This document shows, piece by piece, positions 29,578 through 38,695 of a stretch of 64,000 nucleotides of DNA (within the stretch, counting starts at the first letter, position 1; each line of letters begins with the position of its first letter). Source of the DNA: a virus; IMG/VR virus record IMGVR_UViG_3300033146_003848, positions 1 to 64,000 of that record; one strand, written 5' to 3'. The notes under the pieces were generated by a model. The model ran no database searches and was not told the DNA's origin. It saw only the letters and a list, made by a program, of their open reading frames with translations. A program made the translations under genes and the position numbers.

Positions 29578-29606
29578 TTGACAATTCCAATTTAATGTGA
29601 TATATT
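29578..29606 (+). promoter_or_regulatory. sigma70-type promoter
   Basis: TTGACA-N17-TATATT with TG extension. Confidence 0.75.
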
Positions 29607-29789
29607 GATTATGATAATTGAGTATCTTCTGTTGAAGAAATCTCATTTATTTGCTTTTTAATAATTGCGAATTAGTTCATTTAGTAATGTGCTAAAAAAG
29701 AGACGTTTTAATTGACGAAGTGGAATTAGTCGGACACGATGAAGTTAGATTCATACTCAGTCCCGATTTTTATTTTTAAGGAGAAAACA

Positions 29790-30125
29790 ATGAAAAGGTT
29801 GACCAAAAAATCATTTAGTGAATTGGTATTTGATGTATCAACGGAAAAGTTTAAAGGTAAAAGACCAACTGTGGTGAAGTTTTATTATGATAACTGTGCA
29901 TCTTGCGACATTATGAGTCCGATATTTGAAAAATTAGCATTAGAAAATGAAAATGTCGATTTCTATCAAATGAAAGCCGGCTCAGATTTAGATGTTAGTG
30001 ATTATTTTAAAATAGATGAGTTGCCGGGATTTTTAATAATTACCGCAAAGTCTCATATCACATTTAAAGGTCAAATGCCTAAAATAGTTTTTCAAAAGCG
30101 AATTGATGCTTTTTTAGGAGAATAA
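29790..30125 (+). CDS. Thioredoxin-like protein
   Basis: VVKFYYDNCASC (CxxC), ELPGF cis-Pro region; AGGAG RBS before MKRLTK. Confidence 0.85.
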   Translation: MKRLTKKSFSELVFDVSTEKFKGKRPTVVKFYYDNCASCDIMSPIFEKLALENENVDFYQMKAGSDLDVSDYFKIDELPGFLIITAKSHITFKGQMPKIVFQKRIDAFLGE

Positions 30126-30127
30126 TT

Positions 30128-30313
30128 ATGAGCGAAATGACTGTTGTAGATTTTTTACACAATTCTTATTCTCCACCTCTATGTAAGCATTGTGCTTATT
30201 TTAGAAATGGAATAGAAATGTTATTTGAGCGATCTGAGGAATATGGTAAATTAATTGAAAATTTAAATGAGAAAGATAATTTAAATAAGAATGATGTTGA
30301 CTCTACAAAATGA
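30128..30313 (+). CDS. Small hypothetical protein (CxxC)
   Basis: AGGAG RBS; CKHC. Confidence 0.5.
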   Translation: MSEMTVVDFLHNSYSPPLCKHCAYFRNGIEMLFERSEEYGKLIENLNEKDNLNKNDVDSTK

Positions 30314-30506
30314 TGACCGAGTTAGTCGATTGTGAGAAGTTTGGTATAAATCTCACTACGAATCTTGGCATTTTCATGAACACATCCATTCAACTAAAAT
30401 TGATTTTAATCCATTGATATATAATGTGCACACCTATAATAATAATATTCAGCCTCTGGAATGTTCCGAATTGGAGCAAATTATGAATCATCAAAAAGAA
30501 TTATAA

Positions 30507-30535
30507 TTGACATCTGCTTTTTTTTATGTTATTAT
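30507..30535 (+). promoter_or_regulatory. sigma70-type promoter
   Basis: TTGACA-N17-TATTAT with TG extension. Confidence 0.7.
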
Positions 30536-30586
30536 GAACTTGTAACTCGATAAAATGTTCGTAACGATTAATAAGAGGAGATATTT

Positions 30587-31432
30587 ATGGGATATAAAAG
30601 CATATCGAATTTATTTGAAATAAAAGATTCGTTCTATAACTACATGAATGATGACTCAGAGAATATTGATGATATGATTCGTGATGAAAATTTGAAAATC
30701 AAAAATAAGAAATCTAAGTGTATTGCTTTTAAAGATAACTTTTTAGTTGGAGAATTTGTATGTGATGATTCAGAGTTCCGTGTTTTATATTATTATGATG
30801 CTGATCCAATGGAGTTTGTCGATTTAGTAGAAGATTTTTCAAAAGATCTTCACAAAGACGATGTTTCATTTAGTATTAGTGTATTCGAAAAACCATTACT
30901 TACTAAAATGCTTCAAACAAAATTAGATAGACATAAACGATATAGTATGACTTTAAATTTAAACGATTCAATCATAAAATCTAAAAATTTTGATCAACAA
31001 TATGATTCAATGCTATTTGACAAATCAATAGATGATAAGTATCAACAATTGGTTTTAGATTCATATGCAGACACGATTGATTCGTTGATTTATCCACAAT
31101 TGTTAACGCCAACAACGAGAAAAAGTTCTCACGAGGAAGATATGCTGAGTCCTCAACTATTTCATGATGGAACTTTGATTGGCAGCGTTAGAGTTTCTCT
31201 AGGCGACAAATGTATTTGGTTAAGTAATATTTCAGTAGATCCGAAATATCACAATCGAGGCATTGGACGTAGTTTAATTGAAGAGGTGAAGCGTTTAGCA
31301 AATGCTAACCAACATAGCAAAATAGTATTAACTGTTACTGAAGCAAATACTAATGCATATACTTTATACCAAAATATGGGATTCATTGTGAGAGATGAAT
31401 TTTTTGTTTTTAGAATGGAGATTAAAAAATGA
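30587..31432 (+). CDS. GNAT family acetyltransferase
   Basis: VDPKYHNRGIGRSL motif A; N..AYTLYQNMGF motif B. Confidence 0.9.
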   Translation: MGYKSISNLFEIKDSFYNYMNDDSENIDDMIRDENLKIKNKKSKCIAFKDNFLVGEFVCDDSEFRVLYYYDADPMEFVDLVEDFSKDLHKDDVSFSISVFEKPLLTKMLQTKLDRHKRYSMTLNLNDSIIKSKNFDQQYDSMLFDKSIDDKYQQLVLDSYADTIDSLIYPQLLTPTTRKSSHEEDMLSPQLFHDGTLIGSVRVSLGDKCIWLSNISVDPKYHNRGIGRSLIEEVKRLANANQHSKIVLTVTEANTNAYTLYQNMGFIVRDEFFVFRMEIKK

Positions 31433-33444
31433 ATTTTATTAAATTTCGAGACTTAGTTAATAAGCAATTTAAACTAATGTCTAAAGATCAACTGTTTATC
31501 GTAGATACAACAAAGAACGAATTATGGGAAACGTACTTGAATGGATTCACAGATGCTGAAAATCCAATATATAAGGAACGAACTGAGCATGATTGTCAAT
31601 GTTGTAAGAGTTTTATTAATCAAATTGGCAATGTCGTAACCATTAAAGATGATCAATTAGTGTCTGTTTGGGACGGAGTTAAGAATAGTGATTATGATCA
31701 TATAGCAAATGAATTATCCACATTAGTTAAATCGAAACCTATTCGTAATGTATTTATAAGTCAATTTAAAGAAATTGGCGTTCTAAATAACTTACAAGTA
31801 TTAGCAAATGGAGATCAAATACAGTGGGACCATTTTTATGTTCAAGTTCCAACTCAATATGTAACTAGAAGCGAAAATATTGGAACTCATTTATCTCAAA
31901 CTCACAGTAATAAAAGTGTTTTTGAAAGAGCGTTGATAGACTTTAATACTGAAGATATTGAAACTATTTTGGAACTAATTGATCAAAATTCATTATATCG
32001 AGGAGAAGAACATCGAACTGTATTGACAAATTTTTTGAAACATAAAAAATCATTTGACCAATTAACATCTGCAACGGCTAAAAGTCAATATGTTTGGCTC
32101 AACTCTGTTGCTATTGGTGTAGCATCTAGAATACGTTCTTCTGTAATAGGATCTCTTCTAGTTGATTTGTCTCAAGGTAAATCATTAGATGATGCTATAA
32201 AATCATTTGAATCTAAAGTGGCTCCAAGTAACTATAAACGTCCAAAACCAATAGTTACTCAAAAACAAAAGGATAATGCTCAAAAGCGAATTGTCGAGTT
32301 AGGAATTCAAGATTCTCTCAGTCGTCGATTTGCGAAAGTTGATGATGTAACTATTAACAATGTTATTTTCGTCGATAGAACTGTTCAAAAAGAAATGGGT
32401 GTATTAGATTCTGCATTGAATGATATTCCAGTAAAAACTAAAAAGTTAGATAAAGTTGAAGAAGTGTCAATTAAAAACTTCATAGAGAATATTGTACCGA
32501 AAGCATCAAACATTGAACTGAGATTTGAGAGTAGACATTCTAGTAATTTAATGAGTCTAATTGCTCCAACTATTCCGACATCCAAAAATATTCTTAAATG
32601 GAACAATAATTTTTCATGGGCATATAAGGGAGATATCACCGATTCAATGAAGCAACGTGTGAAATCTGCTGGAGGAAATGTTGATGGAGTTCTTCGATTT
32701 TCGATTCAATGGAACGATGGAGACAACAATCAGAATGATTTTGATGCTCATTGTATTGAGCCAAGTGGAAATAAAATATATTATTCAAATGTGGGAATAA
32801 CTCATCCATCATCAGGGATACTCGATGTTGATATTCAAAATCCAGGAGATAAAGTTGCAGTTGAAAATATCGCTTGGTCGAATAAAAGTAAAATGGAAGA
32901 GGGAAAATATGAATTTATAGTTCACAACTTTGCTCATAATGGCGGTACTACAGGATTTACTGCTGAAATTGAATATGATGGAGAAATATATTCATATTCA
33001 TATGATCGTGAATTACGAAATGATGAGAAGGTTCATGTTGCTACTTTATATTTTAGTAGAAAAAATGGTATAAAATTCATCAAAGAATTAGATAGTTCAC
33101 AAACATCTAAAAAAGTATGGAATTTAAATACCAATCAATTCCAAAATGTATCAATGATTATGAATTCTCCAAATCATTGGGATGGAAATAAAACTGGGAA
33201 TAAGCATTATTTCTTCATAATGAAAGATTGTCAGAATGAAAGTGTTCCTAGAGGATTCTTTAATGAATTTTTAACTGAAGAGTTACGCAATGACAGAAAA
33301 GTGTTTGAGATTTTAGGATCTAAAATGCGAGTAGAGCCGAGTGAACAGCAATTGAGTGGATTAGGATTTTCAACAACTCAACGCAATAGTATTTTATGTA
33401 AAGTAAGTGGTAATTTTACCAGAACAATAAGAATAATTTTTTAG
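31429..33444 (+). CDS. Conserved large-phage hypothetical protein with a YfaP/DUF2135-like C-terminal domain
   Basis: HDCQCC N-terminus; VAPSNYKRP; DFDAHCIEPSG..IYY..LDVD..VENI.W. Confidence 0.6.
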   Translation: MNFIKFRDLVNKQFKLMSKDQLFIVDTTKNELWETYLNGFTDAENPIYKERTEHDCQCCKSFINQIGNVVTIKDDQLVSVWDGVKNSDYDHIANELSTLVKSKPIRNVFISQFKEIGVLNNLQVLANGDQIQWDHFYVQVPTQYVTRSENIGTHLSQTHSNKSVFERALIDFNTEDIETILELIDQNSLYRGEEHRTVLTNFLKHKKSFDQLTSATAKSQYVWLNSVAIGVASRIRSSVIGSLLVDLSQGKSLDDAIKSFESKVAPSNYKRPKPIVTQKQKDNAQKRIVELGIQDSLSRRFAKVDDVTINNVIFVDRTVQKEMGVLDSALNDIPVKTKKLDKVEEVSIKNFIENIVPKASNIELRFESRHSSNLMSLIAPTIPTSKNILKWNNNFSWAYKGDITDSMKQRVKSAGGNVDGVLRFSIQWNDGDNNQNDFDAHCIEPSGNKIYYSNVGITHPSSGILDVDIQNPGDKVAVENIAWSNKSKMEEGKYEFIVHNFAHNGGTTGFTAEIEYDGEIYSYSYDRELRNDEKVHVATLYFSRKNGIKFIKELDSSQTSKKVWNLNTNQFQNVSMIMNSPNHWDGNKTGNKHYFFIMKDCQNESVPRGFFNEFLTEELRNDRKVFEILGSKMRVEPSEQQLSGLGFSTTQRNSILCKVSGNFTRTIRIIF

Positions 33445-33458
33445 AAAAGGAGATCATT

Positions 33459-33839
33459 ATGTTTGAGAAAGCCAGTAGATTGAAATTAAGATTTGAAAGT
33501 GGAAAAGGACTCATTACAATTGAGGATTTATGGGATTTACCATTAACAACTCCAGTGAGAGGATCGTCGTTAGATACCATTGCTAAATCCATTAGCAAAC
33601 AAGTTAAAGATAGTGCCGAAGAAAGTTTTGTTACAAAAACGTCATCTAAAAATCAAGAATTAGAGTTGAAATTTGAGATAGTTAAACATATCATCAAAGT
33701 TCGATTAAATGAACAGGAACAAAAAGAAAATGCTTTAATTCTGAAGACGAAAAAGGAAAAGATCGCTTCTTTGATTGCAAAAAAAGAAGATGCTGAACTT
33801 GAAAATTTAAGTATTGATGAACTGAAAAAGTTAATATAA
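33459..33839 (+). CDS. Conserved phage hypothetical protein (usual partner of the preceding gene)
   Basis: MFEKASRLKLRF..G..EDLWDLPL. Confidence 0.65.
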   Translation: MFEKASRLKLRFESGKGLITIEDLWDLPLTTPVRGSSLDTIAKSISKQVKDSAEESFVTKTSSKNQELELKFEIVKHIIKVRLNEQEQKENALILKTKKEKIASLIAKKEDAELENLSIDELKKLI

Positions 33840-33841
33840 TC

Positions 33842-34018
33842 ATGAGTGAGATTAACGTTAAAGGGACTCCATTGGAGTCCCTTATGGAAGAACTTTACGA
33901 TCTTCGTAAATTGAGATATGCAAACTATTTGGATCCAGCATTTAAGCGATGTCCAAAATGCGGAGCATATAATAAAATTGCATATACTTGTGAAACTTGC
34001 TCATATAGTGATGATTAA
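33842..34018 (+). CDS. 58-aa zinc-ribbon microprotein (absent from the ORF track)
   Basis: MSEINVKG...CPKCGAYNKIAYTCETC...; starts 2 nt after the previous stop. Confidence 0.55.
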   Translation: MSEINVKGTPLESLMEELYDLRKLRYANYLDPAFKRCPKCGAYNKIAYTCETCSYSDD

Positions 34019-34020
34019 AT

Positions 34021-34049
34021 TTGACTTGGTTGAATGAATATGATATACT
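34021..34049 (+). promoter_or_regulatory. sigma70-type promoter
   Basis: TTGACT-N17-TATACT with TG extension. Confidence 0.7.
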
Positions 34050-34104
34050 ATATTTAGAAACTATGTTGAATTAGTTATTATAAATTATTAAAAAGGAGAT
34101 TATT

Positions 34105-34362
34105 ATGAAATGTACATTTAATTACAAGACAAGAGATAGCAAACACAGAGCAATTTCATTAGATGAAGCAAGAAGCACTTGTTTAACTGAACTCGCTAAA
34201 ATTAATAATGTCACGAATCTTAATGGAGATCCTGAAAGTATCTCCGAACAACATTCTGATCCAGATCGATATTGTTTTGAAATTGATATTGAGAATATTA
34301 TTCCAATGATTGATATAATAGAATTACAATTAACTTTCGCAACTTTTTATATAAATCCTTAA
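34105..34362 (+). CDS. Hypothetical protein
   Basis: AGGAG RBS behind a promoter. Confidence 0.65.
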   Translation: MKCTFNYKTRDSKHRAISLDEARSTCLTELAKINNVTNLNGDPESISEQHSDPDRYCFEIDIENIIPMIDIIELQLTFATFYINP

Positions 34363-34382
34363 AATAATAATCCCATCAAAAC

Positions 34383-34390
34383 TATAAATA
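34383..34390 (+). promoter_or_regulatory. T4-type late promoter
   Basis: Exact TATAAATA about 40 nt before the start; gp55 and gp33 are encoded in the window. Confidence 0.65.
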
Positions 34391-34428
34391 ATAATGAAAT
34401 TTATTAATTATAGTCTTTGAGGTTATCT

Positions 34429-35352
34429 ATGGAATCGTTTAAAAAATACATGTTAGAGATGCAAGGTCAGCGAAATTTAATGGGCGATAAGCCTAAATAC
34501 ATTTTTGATCCCCCTGGAGATAAAGCGTATTCAATTTATGTTCTAAAACGCATCGTAAACAATCAAGGAATATTAGAACAGAAGATGATAGATAAAATTA
34601 TGCCTAAGTTTGGATTTCAAATAACAGATGAATCTACTAATTCTAAACCGTATTATAATTTAAATTTATATCCAAATAAAAAACTTCAATATAGATATGA
34701 ACCTATGAGTTTAAGTTTATTGAATCGGAATCATGGAATAAAAATGAGCCCTCATGCTGATCCAGTTAATTGTGCTATGATGTTCCAATTAGCCGAATAT
34801 AATGAGGATTATAAAAAATATCTTTGGGAAAGATTTATAATTCAAATTAATGATACTGAAGTGAAAAATCTTTGGATAATTGATTCGGACAAAAGCAATG
34901 CATCTCCAACTATTCAAGCAACTCATATTTGGGGGGAAAATGCTCCAGTTCATCGAGATAAAAATGGAGATGTTAATATTCCAAAGTTAAAGGATATAAT
35001 TACTATTTATGAAACTGGAAATGATCCGTCATGGACACCCAAAAAGGATCCTAATTATATGCCAAAGGATAGTTCAAAGTGGACAAAAAAAGAATTATTA
35101 GATTTGGCTAGAGATAATAATAGTGCATTTGGGCGGGTATTAAATCGAACATCAAACTGGGATACCTTTCTAAATTACGATGGTCCCAAAAAAGACCTTG
35201 AGCCTAAGGATAGCGAAGAATTAAAAGCATATCAAGAGAGAATGGCAAAAATACAAAAAAGGTCTGATTATCATTATAATAAACCTCACATGAAAGATAT
35301 AGCGAAAAAATTTGATGCCGCAGTTAAAGATAAATTTAATAAGAAATCATGA
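34429..35352 (+). CDS. Hypothetical late protein, putative head-internal protein
   Basis: GAGG RBS; N-terminus MESFKKYMLE resembles the T4 capsid-targeting sequence. Confidence 0.65.
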   Translation: MESFKKYMLEMQGQRNLMGDKPKYIFDPPGDKAYSIYVLKRIVNNQGILEQKMIDKIMPKFGFQITDESTNSKPYYNLNLYPNKKLQYRYEPMSLSLLNRNHGIKMSPHADPVNCAMMFQLAEYNEDYKKYLWERFIIQINDTEVKNLWIIDSDKSNASPTIQATHIWGENAPVHRDKNGDVNIPKLKDIITIYETGNDPSWTPKKDPNYMPKDSSKWTKKELLDLARDNNSAFGRVLNRTSNWDTFLNYDGPKKDLEPKDSEELKAYQERMAKIQKRSDYHYNKPHMKDIAKKFDAAVKDKFNKKS

Positions 35353-35699
35353 AGTATTTAATAATATTTTTCATTGGAACTTTGATGTTTAATGAATTAT
35401 ACTCTAATGCAGATGTCATTTGTTATAAGATAAATAAAATAATTAATTTAGTTGAATATAGAATGATATGTCGAGATAATAACATTAAAGTTCAATTAAA
35501 TAATTTAAAATTAGTTGCTCCTATAAAATATAATATTCTTCAATCAATACGAAAGAAATTTAAATCTGAACAGATAATTCAATTACAAAATTGTCAATAC
35601 AATAATAATATTCTTTTATGTGATGACTTTTTATTTGATGGAGGAACATCATTTAAAGAATTGCTGATTAAAAAAAATATATTGAGATTGATAGAATGA
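35349..35699 (+). CDS. Hypothetical secreted protein
   Basis: Signal-peptide-like N-terminus; ATGA coupling. Confidence 0.5.
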   Translation: MKYLIIFFIGTLMFNELYSNADVICYKINKIINLVEYRMICRDNNIKVQLNNLKLVAPIKYNILQSIRKKFKSEQIIQLQNCQYNNNILLCDDFLFDGGTSFKELLIKKNILRLIE

Positions 35700-35983
35700 A
35701 AACATTCATTGTTTTTATTTTTATTTGCAATATTTTATTAGCAGATTTTTCAATATATAAGCCAAAATTCATTACAAATGATTTGAATAAATACCTACCA
35801 ATCATTAGTTATGATGAAATAGATACCTCTCATTTAAATATAGAGATTATCTCAGATGATTCCGAGATAATTTTCAAATATTGTTCTTTTATAAGTAGAT
35901 ATATCTTAATTTGTCAAGAATTGTTTATTGAAGAATATCAAATGAAAGATGAGATATTCATAACATTAAAATTTATTTTTTAA
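35696..35983 (+). CDS. Hypothetical secreted protein
   Basis: Signal-peptide-like N-terminus; ATGA coupling. Confidence 0.45.
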   Translation: MKTFIVFIFICNILLADFSIYKPKFITNDLNKYLPIISYDEIDTSHLNIEIISDDSEIIFKYCSFISRYILICQELFIEEYQMKDEIFITLKFIF

Positions 35984-36305
35984 ATCCTTTAACTTCCAAC
36001 TCATCAATTGCAAATATTTCAAATTGACTTTGAATATGATGCCATCCAGAATAAAGTCTATCAGCAATAATTCTTAAATTCACATCAGTGAATGATTTAC
36101 CGATCATCTCATTCTTTATTTGATTATGGAATAAAGAAGTCAATGCTTGCTGTAGCATTCGAAGTTTTCTTTCATCGAACATGGAACTTGGATTTGACTC
36201 TAACGCATCAGTTAAGTTCCAAACTTTCACTGAATCAGAATCATCTATGATAATATCAATATTCATAGATGGAAGATGTTTTATAAAATCAATTATAATT
36301 TTCAT
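35973..36305 (-). CDS. Hypothetical protein
   Basis: End of a coupled minus-strand operon. Confidence 0.6.
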   Translation of the reverse strand: MKIIIDFIKHLPSMNIDIIIDDSDSVKVWNLTDALESNPSSMFDERKLRMLQQALTSLFHNQIKNEMIGKSFTDVNLRIIADRLYSGWHHIQSQFEIFAIDELEVKGFKK

Positions 36306-36745
36306 TTATTAAACCAGTATGATAAATTTGGACGAGCAGAAATATCATTTCTATCGATTTTATTTTCAGATATAAGTCTATATATAATGGCTTTAGGATG
36401 ACGTTTAAATATTGAACCTAATTCCTCTAAATTTATCGTTCCTAAAACGAAAATTGCTCGCAATAAGTCTTTTGTTTCATCTTCAGACCAATGCTCATAT
36501 GATCTAGAATATCCCATAGATCTTTCAAATCTACATCTTTCGGGATCAAACGAATCCTTAATTTGAGTAAAATTAAATGCAGAATTATACTTCAGTTTAA
36601 GATTGAAAATCTCAGACTCATCGTGAGAGATCTCTTCAGATTTAAACTCTTCCAATTGCAGTTGAAGAAGTTTAATTTCTGCATCTTTTTCTTTTAAATC
36701 ATTTCTCATTTTATATACATAAAATGATAATAAATCATTCATCAT
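36302..36745 (-). CDS. Hypothetical protein with a Myb/HTH-like C-terminus
   Basis: WSEDETKDL...LGSIFKRHPKAIIYRL. Confidence 0.55.
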   Translation of the reverse strand: MMNDLLSFYVYKMRNDLKEKDAEIKLLQLQLEEFKSEEISHDESEIFNLKLKYNSAFNFTQIKDSFDPERCRFERSMGYSRSYEHWSEDETKDLLRAIFVLGTINLEELGSIFKRHPKAIIYRLISENKIDRNDISARPNLSYWFNK

Positions 36746-37086
36746 TTTCTCCCTTTTGTTTTACGTTTAATGTTTTGATATTGTTTCATGTCATCTTTTA
36801 ATATATCTTCTTTATCGTAAGCATATTCGCCATCTCCAAATGTACATATGCATTCTGGATAATCATTGAATTTAATTACTAATTCAAAATAATCATCCAA
36901 AGATATCCCCTTCGCAGGTCGAATATCAATGTATGTCCAATTTACATCATCACAAATATCAAATGTGCATTTTCCAATTTTCTCAAACTCATGTTGAATA
37001 TCCTTCATATGTTGCTTTTTTTTATCATCATCGTTACCAATATATGACCATTCGATGCAAGTAATTCTATTTCGTAGTGATCTCAT
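36742..37086 (-). CDS. Hypothetical protein
   Basis: Coupled ORF. Confidence 0.6.
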   Translation of the reverse strand: MRSLRNRITCIEWSYIGNDDDKKKQHMKDIQHEFEKIGKCTFDICDDVNWTYIDIRPAKGISLDDYFELVIKFNDYPECICTFGDGEYAYDKEDILKDDMKQYQNIKRKTKGRK

Positions 37087-37616
37087 ATGTTCTCGTTTAA
37101 CCAGTCGATATGATTTTCTAAGAATGTTATATATGTCGTCAATATATCAATCGATACTCTACATTTTCTGTTATAATCTCTAATTCCAAATTTTCGTTCA
37201 AACCAGGTTCTAGTTGTTTCTTCAGTTAAACTAAATTCTGGATCAATAATGAATCCAAATTTTATTTTACCCGCATTATTATTTATTTTAAGGAAAATGT
37301 CATTATCTTGAAGTGCGGATCCTTGATTTAATAATTGGTTATAAATTATCCCTCCCAATTGCTCATATTCCTCCATCAATTCTCGATTCATCGCTAAAAA
37401 ATGTAAAAAATCACGAAATCCACATAGAAGATTTATCATTTCGATAACTCGGTCTTCATTAAATCCGACATTAGATATGAATCCACCATCTATTGTTATT
37501 GATGATGGAGGATCAAATATTCCTTTATTATTCATAGATTTAATATATTGATACTCAATCTTAGATGAGATATCCTTTAAGCGTATTTTCCTCAACATTA
37601 TCTTCTCACTTTGCAA
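37083..37616 (-). CDS. Hypothetical protein (paralog of 21268-21849)
   Basis: Shared motifs, see findings. Confidence 0.65.
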   Translation of the reverse strand: MQSEKIMLRKIRLKDISSKIEYQYIKSMNNKGIFDPPSSITIDGGFISNVGFNEDRVIEMINLLCGFRDFLHFLAMNRELMEEYEQLGGIIYNQLLNQGSALQDNDIFLKINNNAGKIKFGFIIDPEFSLTEETTRTWFERKFGIRDYNRKCRVSIDILTTYITFLENHIDWLNENI

Positions 37617-38671
37617 TAAAATATTCGTTCAATATTTCCGTTAGAACTACTCTTTCCTGTTGAAAACGCCTTATATTCTCTTTCAAAAATTTCAATTTCT
37701 CCTTTATTTTTCAATATTCGAATTATTTCAGCATCTTCTATTTTAGCATTAGATCTTCCATTTTTAGAATTTGCAGTATTATTGTATGATAATAGTATAT
37801 GTTTACAGTCAGCATTTATAATTAAATCTTCAAATACTTGAGTTGCATTTTTTAAACAATAATCACTTTTTATATGAGAACGATCCATTTTCTTAGTGAT
37901 TCCTTTCACATTAGGCTTTTTCCATTCAGATAAATTTTCTAATAAGTGATAATAATCCGAATATTGTCTGGAATTATATGGAGGATCAAGATATAATACA
38001 TCACAAGAGATCTTTCGAATTAAATCATTTGCATCCTCTCTATAAATTACATTCTGAGAATTTTTGAACTCTTGAATGTCAGGAATTAACAGTTTTAATG
38101 TTTTCACATTGTCTAATTTTTTTATAAAGGCATCATAATGTCCCACAGTATTTGCAACTTTATCTACCGCATAAAGTAATGAGCATAATAAAATATCTCT
38201 GTCATTTTCATTTGTTGAAATGACCTCTAATTCTTCTCTAATTGCATCAATTTTTCTTGCATTATTTTGAGAAAAAAATGTTCCACCAAAATTAGCAGAA
38301 AAATATCCATTATCTACTCCTTCTAAATCATTTAAATGATTTATTTTTTCAATGAGTGCATCATCAACCTTATTGTTTGGAGATAAAAATGTTTTTATCC
38401 CTATATAATTTGAATATAGTATATCATTCGCTATAATTTTTATATGATTATCATTAAAATTATTCCCAACAACTCCTGTTCCCGAAAACATATCACAAAA
38501 GGAGTTAAAGTGTCCACATTTTGTAGAAACTATATCTTTAATGAACTCAATTAATTTATATTTATTACCTAAATATCTACGATTTTGTGATTGAAAAAAA
38601 TCACTATCAACCAGATCAAGATTTATTTTGGATCGATTAGACATATATCTACTCCTATTTATATTTAACAT
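37598..38671 (-). CDS. DNA adenine methyltransferase (D12 class, M.FokI/NlaIII-like)
   Basis: RRYLGNKYKL, DMFSGTGVV, YLDPPYN. Confidence 0.9.
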   Translation of the reverse strand: MLNINRSRYMSNRSKINLDLVDSDFFQSQNRRYLGNKYKLIEFIKDIVSTKCGHFNSFCDMFSGTGVVGNNFNDNHIKIIANDILYSNYIGIKTFLSPNNKVDDALIEKINHLNDLEGVDNGYFSANFGGTFFSQNNARKIDAIREELEVISTNENDRDILLCSLLYAVDKVANTVGHYDAFIKKLDNVKTLKLLIPDIQEFKNSQNVIYREDANDLIRKISCDVLYLDPPYNSRQYSDYYHLLENLSEWKKPNVKGITKKMDRSHIKSDYCLKNATQVFEDLIINADCKHILLSYNNTANSKNGRSNAKIEDAEIIRILKNKGEIEIFEREYKAFSTGKSSSNGNIERIFYCKVRR

Positions 38672-38695
38672 TATTTTAATTTAAAATTCTAATTA

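Noticed and set aside
29660-29770. Functional tRNA gene
   Set aside because: No complete cloverleaf, T-loop (GTTCRA) or acceptor stem could be identified.
30291-30506. ORF interrupted by a single TGA, suggesting recoding (TGA=Trp)
   Set aside because: TGG is used for Trp and TGA terminates many conserved genes in this window. More likely chance or a small pseudogene.
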